A DNA stretch of 64,000 nucleotides. Origin: Azolla caroliniana. Lineage: Eukaryota; Plantae; Polypodiophyta. Below, one piece after another: positions 39,401 to 54,400 of the stretch. The translations under genes and the position numbers were made by a program. The stretch lies in NCBI GenBank assembly GCA_043228905.1, contig JBHGNT010000002.1, positions 19,282,001-19,346,000 of the forward strand, given 5' to 3'. Each line of letters begins with the position of its first letter. The stretch's first letter is position 1. A model generated the notes under the pieces. That model was not told the DNA's origin. It saw only the letters and a list, made by a program, of their open reading frames with translations, and did no database searches.

Positions 39401-42400
39401 ACGATATTAAATGATAGACATTGACTTGTGACTATTGTTTCATTTGAACACAATTAAAACTTAAAGTTTGAGTTTATTTGGCAAAGTGTATAATTTGAAT
39501 GGTATCAATGTTTTACATGTTCTTCAACCTTTCTTTGGAAAGTCTGCAAGGGTTTTTATAGATGATTTTGGCCATCAATAGTGCAAAGATGGGTCATCCA
39601 GAAACGTTGTGTGCGGATAATCTTTAGTATTTGATTTATGTCTAATTTGACTAAGTCTACAATTTTAAGGGTATTAAATGTTTATCTTTGACTTCTACCT
39701 TCTAGAGTTATAACACTATTAAGTTTTAAAGTTTGACGTATTATATGCGATTATATTATAAAATTAGCATCTATGTGATTCTTGGCGTGGGCAACTATTT
39801 TTATCTTCGCCACAATTACAGTTCAAATGATTAAAGTTGCATATAATTCCATTCCGTTAATTTAGAATTTCACAAAAAAAAATGACATATGAAATATAAG
39901 GCTATTGATTTTCTTGACATAAAATTATTTAGTTGAAATTTTTGCTATGTTTTAAGGAACCATGTACGCATGCGTGGTACCTTTTTGAAATTCTGCTAAA
40001 ATAAGGCATATTTTAACATCTCCTCAAGATGTGAAAAAGAGAATGCGACATATTACATGTTTCAAATGTTCCGGTGTTACTAACTAAACATGAATATATA
40101 TACAAATATATAATATCATATGTACATATGTACATACACATACATAAATACATATATACAAATGCATACATGGTACACACATATTATAATAAGCCATATG
40201 GGATCTGGGATTGTCCGGATCAAGATCAAGAAGTCGGAGCGAAGCACATCAATGAAACAGAGAGGTTTCAGATGACTTCGAGAGAGCCAATGGAACCTAT
40301 AGATGAAGACGCAGGGGACCTTGTGGACCTAGAAGATGTAATAGAATTTGAACATATGCATGGTTCAGCGGAGCAAACAATCAATGCTACAGAGGACAAT
40401 TTAGAAGAGTCCATTCATCCAGAAGAGCCCACATTGCCTGACTTGCTTATAGATTGATTTCTATGGTTAGGTGTATTATTTGAACGATATTAAATGATAG
40501 ACATTGACTTGTGACTATTGTTTCATTTGAACACAATTAAAACTTAAAGTTTGAGTTTATTTGGCAAAGTGTATAATTTGAATGGTATCAATGTTTTACA
40601 TGTTCTTCAACCTTTCTTTGGAAAGTCTGCAAGGGTTTTTATAGATGATTTTGGCCATCAATAGTGCAAAGATGGGTCATCCAGAAACGTTGTGTGCGGA
40701 TAATCTTTAGTATTTGATTTATGTCTAATTTGACTAAGTCTACAATTTTAAGGGTATTAAATGTTTATCTTTGACTTCTACCTTCTAGAGTTATAACACT
40801 ATTAAGTTTTAAAGTTTGACGTATTATATGCGATTATATTATAAAATTAGCATCTATGTGATTCTTGGCGTGGGCAACTATTTTTATCTTCGCCACAATT
40901 ACAGTTCAAATGATTAAAGTTGCATATAATTCCATTCCGTTAATTTAGAATTTCACAAAAAAAAATGACATATGAAATATAAGGCTATTGATTTTCTTGA
41001 CATAAAATTATTTAGTTGAAATTTTTGCTATGTTTTAAGGAACCATGTACGCATGCGTGGTACCTTTTTGAAATTCTGCTAAAATAAGGCATATTTTAAC
41101 ATCTCCTCAAGATGTGAAAAAGAGAATGCGACATATTACATGTTTCAAATGTCCCGGTGTTACTAACTAAACATGAATATATATACAAATATATAATATC
41201 ATATGTACATATGTACATACACATACATAAATACATATATACAAATGCATACATGGTACACACATATTATAATAAGCCATATGGGATCTGGGATTGTCCG
41301 AATCAAGATCAAGAAGTCGGAGCGAAGCACATCAATGAAACAGAGAGGTTTCAGATGACTTCGAGAGAGCCAATGGAACCTATAGATGAAGACGCAGGGG
41401 ACCTTGTGGACCTAGAAGATGTAATAGAATTTGAACATATGCATGGTTCAGCGGAGCAAACAATCAATGCTACAGAGGACAATTTAGAAGAGTCCATTCA
41501 TCCAGAAGAGCCCACATTGCCTGACTTGCTTATAGATTGATTTCTATGGTTAGGTGTATTATTTGAACGATATTAAATGATAGACATTGACTTGTGACTA
41601 TTGTTTCATTTGAACACAATTAAAACTTAAAGTTTGAGTTTATTTGGCAAAGTGTATAATTTGAATGGTATCAATGTTTTACATGTTCTTCAACCTTTCT
41701 TTGGAAAGTCTGCAAGGGTTTTTATAGATGATTTTGGCCATCAATAGTGCAAAGATGGGTCATCCAGAAACGTTGTGTGCGGATAATCTTTAGTATTTGA
41801 TTTATGTCTAATTTGACTAAGTCTACAATTTTAAGGGTATTAAATGTTTATCTTTGACTTCTACCTTCTAGAGTTATAACACTATTAAGTTTTAAAGTTT
41901 GACGTATTATATGCGATTATATTATAAAATTAGCATCTATGTGATTCTTGGCGTGGGCAACTATTTTTATCTTCGCCACAATTACAGTTCAAATGATTAA
42001 AGTTGCATATAATTCCATTCCGTTAATTTAGAATTTCACAAAAAAAAATGACATATGAAATATAAGGCTATTGATTTTCTTGACATAAAATTATTTAGTT
42101 GAAATTTTTGCTATGTTTTAAGGAACCATGTACGCATGCGTGGTACCTTTTTGAAATTCTGCTAAAATAAGGCATATTTTAACATCTCCTCAAGATGTGA
42201 AAAAGAGAATGCGACATATTACATGTTTCAAATGTCCCGGTGTTACTAACTAAACATGAATATATATACAAATATATAATATCATATGTACATATGTACA
42301 TACACATACATAAATACATATATACAAATGCATACATGGTACACACATATTATAATAAGCCATATGGGATCTAGGATTGTCCGAATCAAGATCAAGAAGT

Positions 42401-45400
42401 CGGAGCGAAGCACATCAATGAAACAGAGAGGTTTCAGATGACTTCGAGAGAGCCAATGGAACCTATAGATGAAGACGCAGGGGACCTTGTGGACCTAGAA
42501 GATGTAATAGAATTTGAACATATGCATGGTTCAGCGGAGCAAACAATCAATGCTACAGAGGACAATTTAGAAGAGTCCATTCATCCAGAAGAGCCCACAT
42601 TGCCTGACTTGCTTATAGATTGATTTCTATGGTTAGGTGTATTATTTGAACGATATTAAATGATAGACATTGACTTGTGACTATTGTTTCATTTGAACAC
42701 AATTAAAACTTAAAGTTTGAGTTTATTTGGCAAAGTGTATAATTTGAATGGTATCAATGTTTTACATGTTCTTCAACCTTTCTTTGGAAAGTCTGCAAGG
42801 GTTTTTATAGATGATTTTGGCCATCAATAGTGCAAAGATGGGTCATCCAGAAACGTTGTGTGCGGATAATCTTTAGTATTTGATTTATGTCTAATTTGAC
42901 TAAGTCTACAATTTTAAGGGTATTAAATGTTTATCTTTGACTTCTACCTTCTAGAGTTATAACACTATTAAGTTTTAAAGTTTGACGTATTATATGCGAT
43001 TATATTATAAAATTAGCATCTATGTGATTCTTGGCGTGGGCAACTATTTTTATCTTCGCCACAATTACAGTTCAAATGATTAAAGTTGCATATAATTCCA
43101 TTCCGTTAATTTAGAATTTCACAAAAAAAAATGACATATGAAATATAAGGCTATTGATTTTCTTGACATAAAATTATTTAGTTGAAATTTTTGCTATGTT
43201 TTAAGGAACCATGTACGCATGCGTGGTACCTTTTTGAAATTCTGCTAAAATAAGGCATATTTTAACATCTCCTCAAGATGTGAAAAAGAGAATGCGACAT
43301 ATTACATGTTTCAAATGTCCCGGTGTTACTAACTAAACATGAATATATATACAAATATATAATATCATATGTACATATGTACATACACATACATAAATAC
43401 ATATATACAAATGCATACATGGTACACACATATTATAATAAGCCATATGGGATCTAGGATTGTCCGAATCAAGATCAAGAAGTCGGAGCGAAGCACATCA
43501 ATGAAACAGAGAGGTTTCAGATGACTTCGAGAGAGCCAATGGAACCTATAGATGAAGACGCAGGGGACCTTGTGGACCTAGAAGATGTAATAGAATTTGA
43601 ACATATGCATGGTTCAGCGGAGCAAACAATCAATGCTACAGAGGACAATTTAGAAGAGTCCATTCATCCAGAAGAGCCCACATTGCCTGACTTGCTTATA
43701 GATTGATTTCTATGGTTAGGTGTATTATTTGAACGATATTAAATGATAGACATTGACTTGTGACTATTGTTTCATTTGAACACAATTAAAACTTAAAGTT
43801 TGAGTTTATTTGGCAAAGTGTATAATTTGAATGGTATCAATGTTTTACATGTTCTTCAACCTTTCTTTGGAAAGTCTGCAAGGGTTTTTATAGATGATTT
43901 TGGCCATCAATAGTGCAAAGATGGGTCATCCAGAAACGTTGTGTGCGGATAATCTTTAGTATTTGATTTATGTCTAATTTGACTAAGTCTACAATTTTAA
44001 GGGTATTAAATGTTTATCTTTGACTTCTACCTTCTAGAGTTATAACACTATTAAGTTTTAAAGTTTGACGTATTATATGCGATTATATTATAAAATTAGC
44101 ATCTATGTGATTCTTGGCGTGGGCAACTATTTTTATCTTCGCCACAATTACAGTTCAAATGATTAAAGTTGCATATAATTCCATTCCGTTAATTTAGAAT
44201 TTCACAAAAAAAAATGACATATGAAATATAAGGCTATTGATTTTCTTGACATAAAATTATTTAGTTGAAATTTTTGCTATGTTTTAAGGAACCATGTACG
44301 CATGCGTGGTACCTTTTTGAAATTCTGCTAAAATAAGGCATATTTTAACATCTCCTCAAGATGTGAAAAAGAGAATGCGACATATTACATGTTTCAAATG
44401 TCCCGGTGTTACTAACTAAACATGAATATATATACAAATATATAATATCATATGTACATATGTACATACACATACATAAATACATATATACAAATGCATA
44501 CATGGTACACACATATTATAATAAGCCATATGGGATCTAGGATTGTCCGAATCAAGATCAAGAAGTCGGAGCGAAGCACATCAATGAAACAGAGAGGTTT
44601 CAGATGACTTCGAGAGAGCCAATGGAACCTATAGATGAAGACGCAGGGGACCTTGTGGACCTAGAAGATGTAATAGAATTTGAACATATGCATGGTTCAG
44701 CGGAGCAAACAATCAATGCTACAGAGGACAATTTAGAAGAGTCCATTCATCCAGAAGAGCCCACATTGCCTGACTTGCTTATAGATTGATTTCTATGGTT
44801 AGGTGTATTATTTGAACGATATTAAATGATAGACATTGACTTGTGACTATTGTTTCATTTGAACACAATTAAAACTTAAAGTTTGAGTTTATTTGGCAAA
44901 GTGTATAATTTGAATGGTATCAATGTTTTACATGTTCTTCAACCTTTCTTTGGAAAGTCTGCAAGGGTTTTTATAGATGATTTTGGCCATCAATAGTGCA
45001 AAGATGGGTCATCCAGAAACGTTGTGTGCGGATAATCTTTAGTATTTGATTTATGTCTAATTTGACTAAGTCTACAATTTTAAGGGTATTAAATGTTTAT
45101 CTTTGACTTCTACCTTCTAGAGTTATAACACTATTAAGTTTTAAAGTTTGACGTATTATATGCGATTATATTATAAAATTAGCATCTATGTGATTCTTGG
45201 CGTGGGCAACTATTTTTATCTTCGCCACAATTACAGTTCAAATGATTAAAGTTGCATATAATTCCATTCCGTTAATTTAGAATTTCACAAAAAAAAATGA
45301 CATATGAAATATAAGGCTATTGATTTTCTTGACATAAAATTATTTAGTTGAAATTTTTGCTATGTTTTAAGGAACCATGTACGCATGCGTGGTACCTTTT

Positions 45401-48400
45401 TGAAATTCTGCTAAAATAAGGCATATTTTAACATCTCCTCAAGATGTGAAAAAGAGAATGCGACATATTACATGTTTCAAATGTCCCGGTGTTACTAACT
45501 AAACATGAATATATATACAAATATATAATATCATATGTACATATGTACATACACATACATAAATACATATATACAAATGCATACATGGTACACACATATT
45601 ATAATAAGCCATATGGGATCTGGGATTGTCCGAATCAAGATCAAGAAGTCGGAGCGAAGCACATCAATGAAACAGAGAGGTTTCAGATGACTTCGAGAGA
45701 GCCAATGGAACCTATAGATGAAGACGCAGGGGACCTTGTGGACCTAGAAGATGTAATAGAATTTGAACATATGCATGGTTCAGCGGAGCAAACAATCAAT
45801 GCTACAGAGGACAATTTAGAAGAGTCCATTCATCCAGAAGAGCCCACATTGCCTGACTTGCTTATAGATTGATTTCTATGGTTAGGTGTATTATTTGAAC
45901 GATATTAAATGATAGACATTGACTTGTGACTATTGTTTCATTTGAACACAATTAAAACTTAAAGTTTGAGTTTATTTGGCAAAGTGTATAATTTGAATGG
46001 TATCAATGTTTTACATGTTCTTCAACCTTTCTTTGGAAAGTCTGCAAGGGTTTTTATAGATGATTTTGGCCATCAATAGTGCAAAGATGGGTCATCCAGA
46101 AACGTTGTGTGCGGATAATCTTTAGTATTTGATTTATGTCTAATTTGACTAAGTCTACAATTTTAAGGGTATTAAATGTTTATCTTTGACTTCTACCTTC
46201 TAGAGTTATAACACTATTAAGTTTTAAAGTTTGACGTATTATATGCGATTATATTATAAAATTAGCATCTATGTGATTCTTGGCGTGGGCAACTATTTTT
46301 ATCTTCGCCACAATTACAGTTCAAATGATTAAAGTTGCATATAATTCCATTCCGTTAATTTAGAATTTCACAAAAAAAAATGACATATGAAATATAAGGC
46401 TATTGATTTTCTTGACATAAAATTATTTAGTTGAAATTTTTGCTATGTTTTAAGGAACCATGTACGCATGCGTGGTACCTTTTTGAAATTCTGCTAAAAT
46501 AAGGCATATTTTAACATCTCCTCAAGATGTGAAAAAGAGAATGCGACATATTACATGTTTCAAATGTCCCGGTGTTACTAACTAAACATGAATATATATA
46601 CAAATATATAATATCATATGTACATATGTACATACACATACATAAATACATATATACAAATGCATACATGGTACACACATATTATAATAAGCCATATGGG
46701 ATCTGGGATTGTCCGAATCAAGATCAAGAAGTCGGAGCGAAGCACATCAATGAAACAGAGAGGTTTCAGATGACTTCGAGAGAGCCAATGGAACCTATAG
46801 ATGAAGACGCAGGGGACCTTGTGGACCTAGAAGATGTAATAGAATTTGAACATATGCATGGTTCAGCGGAGCAAACAATCAATGCTACAGAGGACAATTT
46901 AGAAGAGTCCATTCATCCAGAAGAGCCCACATTGCCTGACTTGCTTATAGATTGATTTCTATGGTTAGGTGTATTATTTGAACGATATTAAATGATAGAC
47001 ATTGACTTGTGACTATTGTTTCATTTGAACACAATTAAAACTTAAAGTTTGAGTTTATTTGGCAAAGTGTATAATTTGAATGGTATCAATGTTTTACATG
47101 TTCTTCAACCTTTCTTTGGAAAGTCTGCAAGGGTTTTTATAGATGATTTTGGCCATCAATAGTGCAAAGATGGGTCATCCAGAAACGTTGTGTGCGGATA
47201 ATCTTTAGTATTTGATTTATGTCTAATTTGACTAAGTCTACAATTTTAAGGGTATTAAATGTTTATCTTTGACTTCTACCTTCTAGAGTTATAACACTAT
47301 TAAGTTTTAAAGTTTGACGTATTATATGCGATTATATTATAAAATTAGCATCTATGTGATTCTTGGCGTGGGCAACTATTTTTATCTTCGCCACAATTAC
47401 AGTTCAAATGATTAAAGTTGCATATAATTCCATTCCGTTAATTTAGAATTTCACAAAAAAAAATGACATATGAAATATAAGGCTATTGATTTTCTTGACA
47501 TAAAATTATTTAGTTGAAATTTTTGCTATGTTTTAAGGAACCATGTACGCATGCGTGGTACCTTTTTGAAATTCTGCTAAAATAAGGCATATTTTAACAT
47601 CTCCTCAAGATGTGAAAAAGAGAATGCGACATATTACATGTTTCAAATGTCCCGGTGTTACTAACTAAACATGAATATATATACAAATATATAATATCAT
47701 ATGTACATATGTACATACACATACATAAATACATATATACAAATGCATACATGGTACACACATATTATAATAAGCCATATGGGATCTGGGATTGTCCGAA
47801 TCAAGATCAAGAAGTCGGAGCGAAGCACATCAATGAAACAGAGAGGTTTCAGATGACTTCGAGAGAGCCAATGGAACCTATAGATGAAGACGCAGGGGAC
47901 CTTGTGGACCTAGAAGATGTAATAGAATTTGAACATATGCATGGTTCAGCGGAGCAAACAATCAATGCTACAGAGGACAATTTAGAAGAGTCCATTCATC
48001 CAGAAGAGCCCACATTGCCTGACTTGCTTATAGATTGATTTCTATGGTTAGGTGTATTATTTGAACGATATTAAATGATAGACATTGACTTGTGACTATT
48101 GTTTCATTTGAACACAATTAAAACTTAAAGTTTGAGTTTATTTGGCAAAGTGTATAATTTGAATGGTATCAATGTTTTACATGTTCTTCAACCTTTCTTT
48201 GGAAAGTCTGCAAGGGTTTTTATAGATGATTTTGGCCATCAATAGTGCAAAGATGGGTCATCCAGAAACGTTGTGTGCGGATAATCTTTAGTATTTGATT
48301 TATGTCTAATTTGACTAAGTCTACAATTTTAAGGGTATTAAATGTTTATCTTTGACTTCTACCTTCTAGAGTTATAACACTATTAAGTTTTAAAGTTTGA

Positions 48401-51400
48401 CGTATTATATGCGATTATATTATAAAATTAGCATCTATGTGATTCTTGGCGTGGGCAACTATTTTTATCTTCGCCACAATTACAGTTCAAATGATTAAAG
48501 TTGCATATAATTCCATTCCGTTAATTTAGAATTTCACAAAAAAAAATGACATATGAAATATAAGGCTATTGATTTTCTTGACATAAAATTATTTAGTTGA
48601 AATTTTTGCTATGTTTTAAGGAACCATGTACGCATGCGTGGTACCTTTTTGAAATTCTGCTAAAATAAGGCATATTTTAACATCTCCTCAAGATGTGAAA
48701 AAGAGAATGCGACATATTACATGTTTCAAATGTCCCGGTGTTACTAACTAAACATGAATATATATACAAATATATAATATCATATGTACATATGTACATA
48801 CACATACATAAATACATATATACAAATGCATACATGGTACACACATATTATAATAAGCCATATGGGATCTGGGATTGTCCGAATCAAGATCAAGAAGTCG
48901 GAGCGAAGCACATCAATGAAACAGAGAGGTTTCAGATGACTTCGAGAGAGCCAATGGAACCTATAGATGAAGACGCAGGGGACCTTGTGGACCTAGAAGA
49001 TGTAATAGAATTTGAACATATGCATGGTTCAGCGGAGCAAACAATCAATGCTACAGAGGACAATTTAGAAGAGTCCATTCATCCAGAAGAGCCCACATTG
49101 CCTGACTTGCTTATAGATTGATTTCTATGGTTAGGTGTATTATTTGAACGATATTAAATGATAGACATTGACTTGTGACTATTGTTTCATTTGAACACAA
49201 TTAAAACTTAAAGTTTGAGTTTATTTGGCAAAGTGTATAATTTGAATGGTATCAATGTTTTACATGTTCTTCAACCTTTCTTTGGAAAGTCTGCAAGGGT
49301 TTTTATAGATGATTTTGGCCATCAATAGTGCAAAGATGGGTCATCCAGAAACGTTGTGTGCGGATAATCTTTAGTATTTGATTTATGTCTAATTTGACTA
49401 AGTCTACAATTTTAAGGGTATTAAATGTTTATCTTTGACTTCTACCTTCTAGAGTTATAACACTATTAAGTTTTAAAGTTTGACGTATTATATGCGATTA
49501 TATTATAAAATTAGCATCTATGTGATTCTTGGCGTGGGCAACTATTTTTATCTTCGCCACAATTACAGTTCAAATGATTAAAGTTGCATATAATTCCATT
49601 CCGTTAATTTAGAATTTCACAAAAAAAAATGACATATGAAATATAAGGCTATTGATTTTCTTGACATAAAATTATTTAGTTGAAATTTTTGCTATGTTTT
49701 AAGGAACCATGTACGCATGCGTGGTACCTTTTTGAAATTCTGCTAAAATAAGGCATATTTTAACATCTCCTCAAGATGTGAAAAAGAGAATGCGACATAT
49801 TACATGTTTCAAATGTCCCGGTGTTACTAACTAAACATGAATATATATACAAATATATAATATCATATGTACATATGTACATACACATACATAAATACAT
49901 ATATACAAATGCATACATGGTACACACATATTATAATAAGCCATATGGGATCTGGGATTGTCCGAATCAAGATCAAGAAGTCGGAGCGAAGCACATCAAT
50001 GAAACAGAGAGGTTTCAGATGACTTCGAGAGAGCCAATGGAACCTATAGATGAAGACGCAGGGGACCTTGTGGACCTAGAAGATGTAATAGAATTTGAAC
50101 ATATGCATGGTTCAGCGGAGCAAACAATCAATGCTACAGAGGACAATTTAGAAGAGTCCATTCATCCAGAAGAGCCCACATTGCCTGACTTGCTTATAGA
50201 TTGATTTCTATGGTTAGGTGTATTATTTGAACGATATTAAATGATAGACATTGACTTGTGACTATTGTTTCATTTGAACACAATTAAAACTTAAAGTTTG
50301 AGTTTATTTGGCAAAGTGTATAATTTGAATGGTATCAATGTTTTACATGTTCTTCAACCTTTCTTTGGAAAGTCTGCAAGGGTTTTTATAGATGATTTTG
50401 GCCATCAATAGTGCAAAGATGGGTCATCCAGAAACGTTGTGTGCGGATAATCTTTAGTATTTGATTTATGTCTAATTTGACTAAGTCTACAATTTTAAGG
50501 GTATTAAATGTTTATCTTTGACTTCTACCTTCTAGAGTTATAACACTATTAAGTTTTAAAGTTTGACGTATTATATGCGATTATATTATAAAATTAGCAT
50601 CTATGTGATTCTTGGCGTGGGCAACTATTTTTATCTTCGCCACAATTACAGTTCAAATGATTAAAGTTGCATATAATTCCATTCCGTTAATTTAGAATTT
50701 CACAAAAAAAAATGACATATGAAATATAAGGCTATTGATTTTCTTGACATAAAATTATTTAGTTGAAATTTTTGCTATGTTTTAAGGAACCATGTACGCA
50801 TGCGTGGTACCTTTTTGAAATTCTGCTAAAATAAGGCATATTTTAACATCTCCTCAAGATGTGAAAAAGAGAATGCGACATATTACATGTTTCAAATGTC
50901 CCGGTGTTACTAACTAAACATGAATATATATACAAATATATAATATCATATGTACATATGTACATACACATACATAAATACATATATACAAATGCATACA
51001 TGGTACACACATATTATAATAAGCCATATGGGATCTGGGATTGTCCGAATCAAGATCAAGAAGTCGGAGCGAAGCACATCAATGAAACAGAGAGGTTTCA
51101 GATGACTTCGAGAGAGCCAATGGAACCTATAGATGAAGACGCAGGGGACCTTGTGGACCTAGAAGATGTAATAGAATTTGAACATATGCATGGTTCAGCG
51201 GAGCAAACAATCAATGCTACAGAGGACAATTTAGAAGAGTCCATTCATCCAGAAGAGCCCACATTGCCTGACTTGCTTATAGATTGATTTCTATGGTTAG
51301 GTGTATTATTTGAACGATATTAAATGATAGACATTGACTTGTGACTATTGTTTCATTTGAACACAATTAAAACTTAAAGTTTGAGTTTATTTGGCAAAGT

Positions 51401-54400
51401 GTATAATTTGAATGGTATCAATGTTTTACATGTTCTTCAACCTTTCTTTGGAAAGTCTGCAAGGGTTTTTATAGATGATTTTGGCCATCAATAGTGCAAA
51501 GATGGGTCATCCAGAAACGTTGTGTGCGGATAATCTTTAGTATTTGATTTATGTCTAATTTGACTAAGTCTACAATTTTAAGGGTATTAAATGTTTATCT
51601 TTGACTTCTACCTTCTAGAGTTATAACACTATTAAGTTTTAAAGTTTGACGTATTATATGCGATTATATTATAAAATTAGCATCTATGTGATTCTTGGCG
51701 TGGGCAACTATTTTTATCTTCGCCACAATTACAGTTCAAATGATTAAAGTTGCATATAATTCCATTCCGTTAATTTAGAATTTCACAAAAAAAAATGACA
51801 TATGAAATATAAGGCTATTGATTTTCTTGACATAAAATTATTTAGTTGAAATTTTTGCTATGTTTTAAGGAACCATGTACGCATGCGTGGTACCTTTTTG
51901 AAATTCTGCTAAAATAAGGCATATTTTAACATCTCCTCAAGATGTGAAAAAGAGAATGCGACATATTACATGTTTCAAATGTCCCGGTGTTACTAACTAA
52001 ACATGAATATATATACAAATATATAATATCATATGTACATATGTACATACACATACATAAATACATATATACAAATGCATACATGGTACACACATATTAT
52101 AATAAGCCATATGGGATCTGGGATTGTCCGAATCAAGATCAAGAAGTCGGAGCGAAGCACATCAATGAAACAGAGAGGTTTCAGATGACTTCGAGAGAGC
52201 CAATGGAACCTATAGATGAAGACGCAGGGGACCTTGTGGACCTAGAAGATGTAATAGAATTTGAACATATGCATGGTTCAGCGGAGCAAACAATCAATGC
52301 TACAGAGGACAATTTAGAAGAGTCCATTCATCCAGAAGAGCCCACATTGCCTGACTTGCTTATAGATTGATTTCTATGGTTAGGTGTATTATTTGAACGA
52401 TATTAAATGATAGACATTGACTTGTGACTATTGTTTCATTTGAACACAATTAAAACTTAAAGTTTGAGTTTATTTGGCAAAGTGTATAATTTGAATGGTA
52501 TCAATGTTTTACATGTTCTTCAACCTTTCTTTGGAAAGTCTGCAAGGGTTTTTATAGATGATTTTGGCCATCAATAGTGCAAAGATGGGTCATCCAGAAA
52601 CGTTGTGTGCGGATAATCTTTAGTATTTGATTTATGTCTAATTTGACTAAGTCTACAATTTTAAGGGTATTAAATGTTTATCTTTGACTTCTACCTTCTA
52701 GAGTTATAACACTATTAAGTTTTAAAGTTTGACGTATTATATGCGATTATATTATAAAATTAGCATCTATGTGATTCTTGGCGTGGGCAACTATTTTTAT
52801 CTTCGCCACAATTACAGTTCAAATGATTAAAGTTGCATATAATTCCATTCCGTTAATTTAGAATTTCACAAAAAAAAATGACATATGAAATATAAGGCTA
52901 TTGATTTTCTTGACATAAAATTATTTAGTTGAAATTTTTGCTATGTTTTAAGGAACCATGTACGCATGCGTGGTACCTTTTTGAAATTCTGCTAAAATAA
53001 GGCATATTTTAACATCTCCTCAAGATGTGAAAAAGAGAATGCGACATATTACATGTTTCAAATGTCCCGGTGTTACTAACTAAACATGAATATATATACA
53101 AATATATAATATCATATGTACATATGTACATACACATACATAAATACATATATACAAATGCATACATGGTACACACATATTATAATAAGCCATATGGGAT
53201 CTGGGATTGTCCGAATCAAGATCAAGAAGTCGGAGCGAAGCACATCAATGAAACAGAGAGGTTTCAGATGACTTCGAGAGAGCCAATGGAACCTATAGAT
53301 GAAGACGCAGGGGACCTTGTGGACCTAGAAGATGTAATAGAATTTGAACATATGCATGGTTCAGCGGAGCAAACAATCAATGCTACAGAGGACAATTTAG
53401 AAGAGTCCATTCATCCAGAAGAGCCCACATTGCCTGACTTGCTTATAGATTGATTTCTATGGTTAGGTGTATTATTTGAACGATATTAAATGATAGACAT
53501 TGACTTGTGACTATTGTTTCATTTGAACACAATTAAAACTTAAAGTTTGAGTTTATTTGGCAAAGTGTATAATTTGAATGGTATCAATGTTTTACATGTT
53601 CTTCAACCTTTCTTTGGAAAGTCTGCAAGGGTTTTTATAGATGATTTTGGCCATCAATAGTGCAAAGATGGGTCATCCAGAAACGTTGTGTGCGGATAAT
53701 CTTTAGTATTTGATTTATGTCTAATTTGACTAAGTCTACAATTTTAAGGGTATTAAATGTTTATCTTTGACTTCTACCTTCTAGAGTTATAACACTATTA
53801 AGTTTTAAAGTTTGACGTATTATATGCGATTATATTATAAAATTAGCATCTATGTGATTCTTGGCGTGGGCAACTATTTTTATCTTCGCCACAATTACAG
53901 TTCAAATGATTAAAGTTGCATATAATTCCATTCCGTTAATTTAGAATTTCACAAAAAAAAATGACATATGAAATATAAGGCTATTGATTTTCTTGACATA
54001 AAATTATTTAGTTGAAATTTTTGCTATGTTTTAAGGAACCATGTACGCATGCGTGGTACCTTTTTGAAATTCTGCTAAAATAAGGCATATTTTAACATCT
54101 CCTCAAGATGTGAAAAAGAGAATGCGACATATTACATGTTTCAAATGTCCCGGTGTTACTAACTAAACATGAATATATATACAAATATATAATATCATAT
54201 GTACATATGTACATACACATACATAAATACATATATACAAATGCATACATGGTACACACATATTATAATAAGCCATATGGGATCTGGGATTGTCCGAATC
54301 AAGATCAAGAAGTCGGAGCGAAGCACATCAATGAAACAGAGAGGTTTCAGATGACTTCGAGAGAGCCAATGGAACCTATAGATGAAGACGCAGGGGACCT

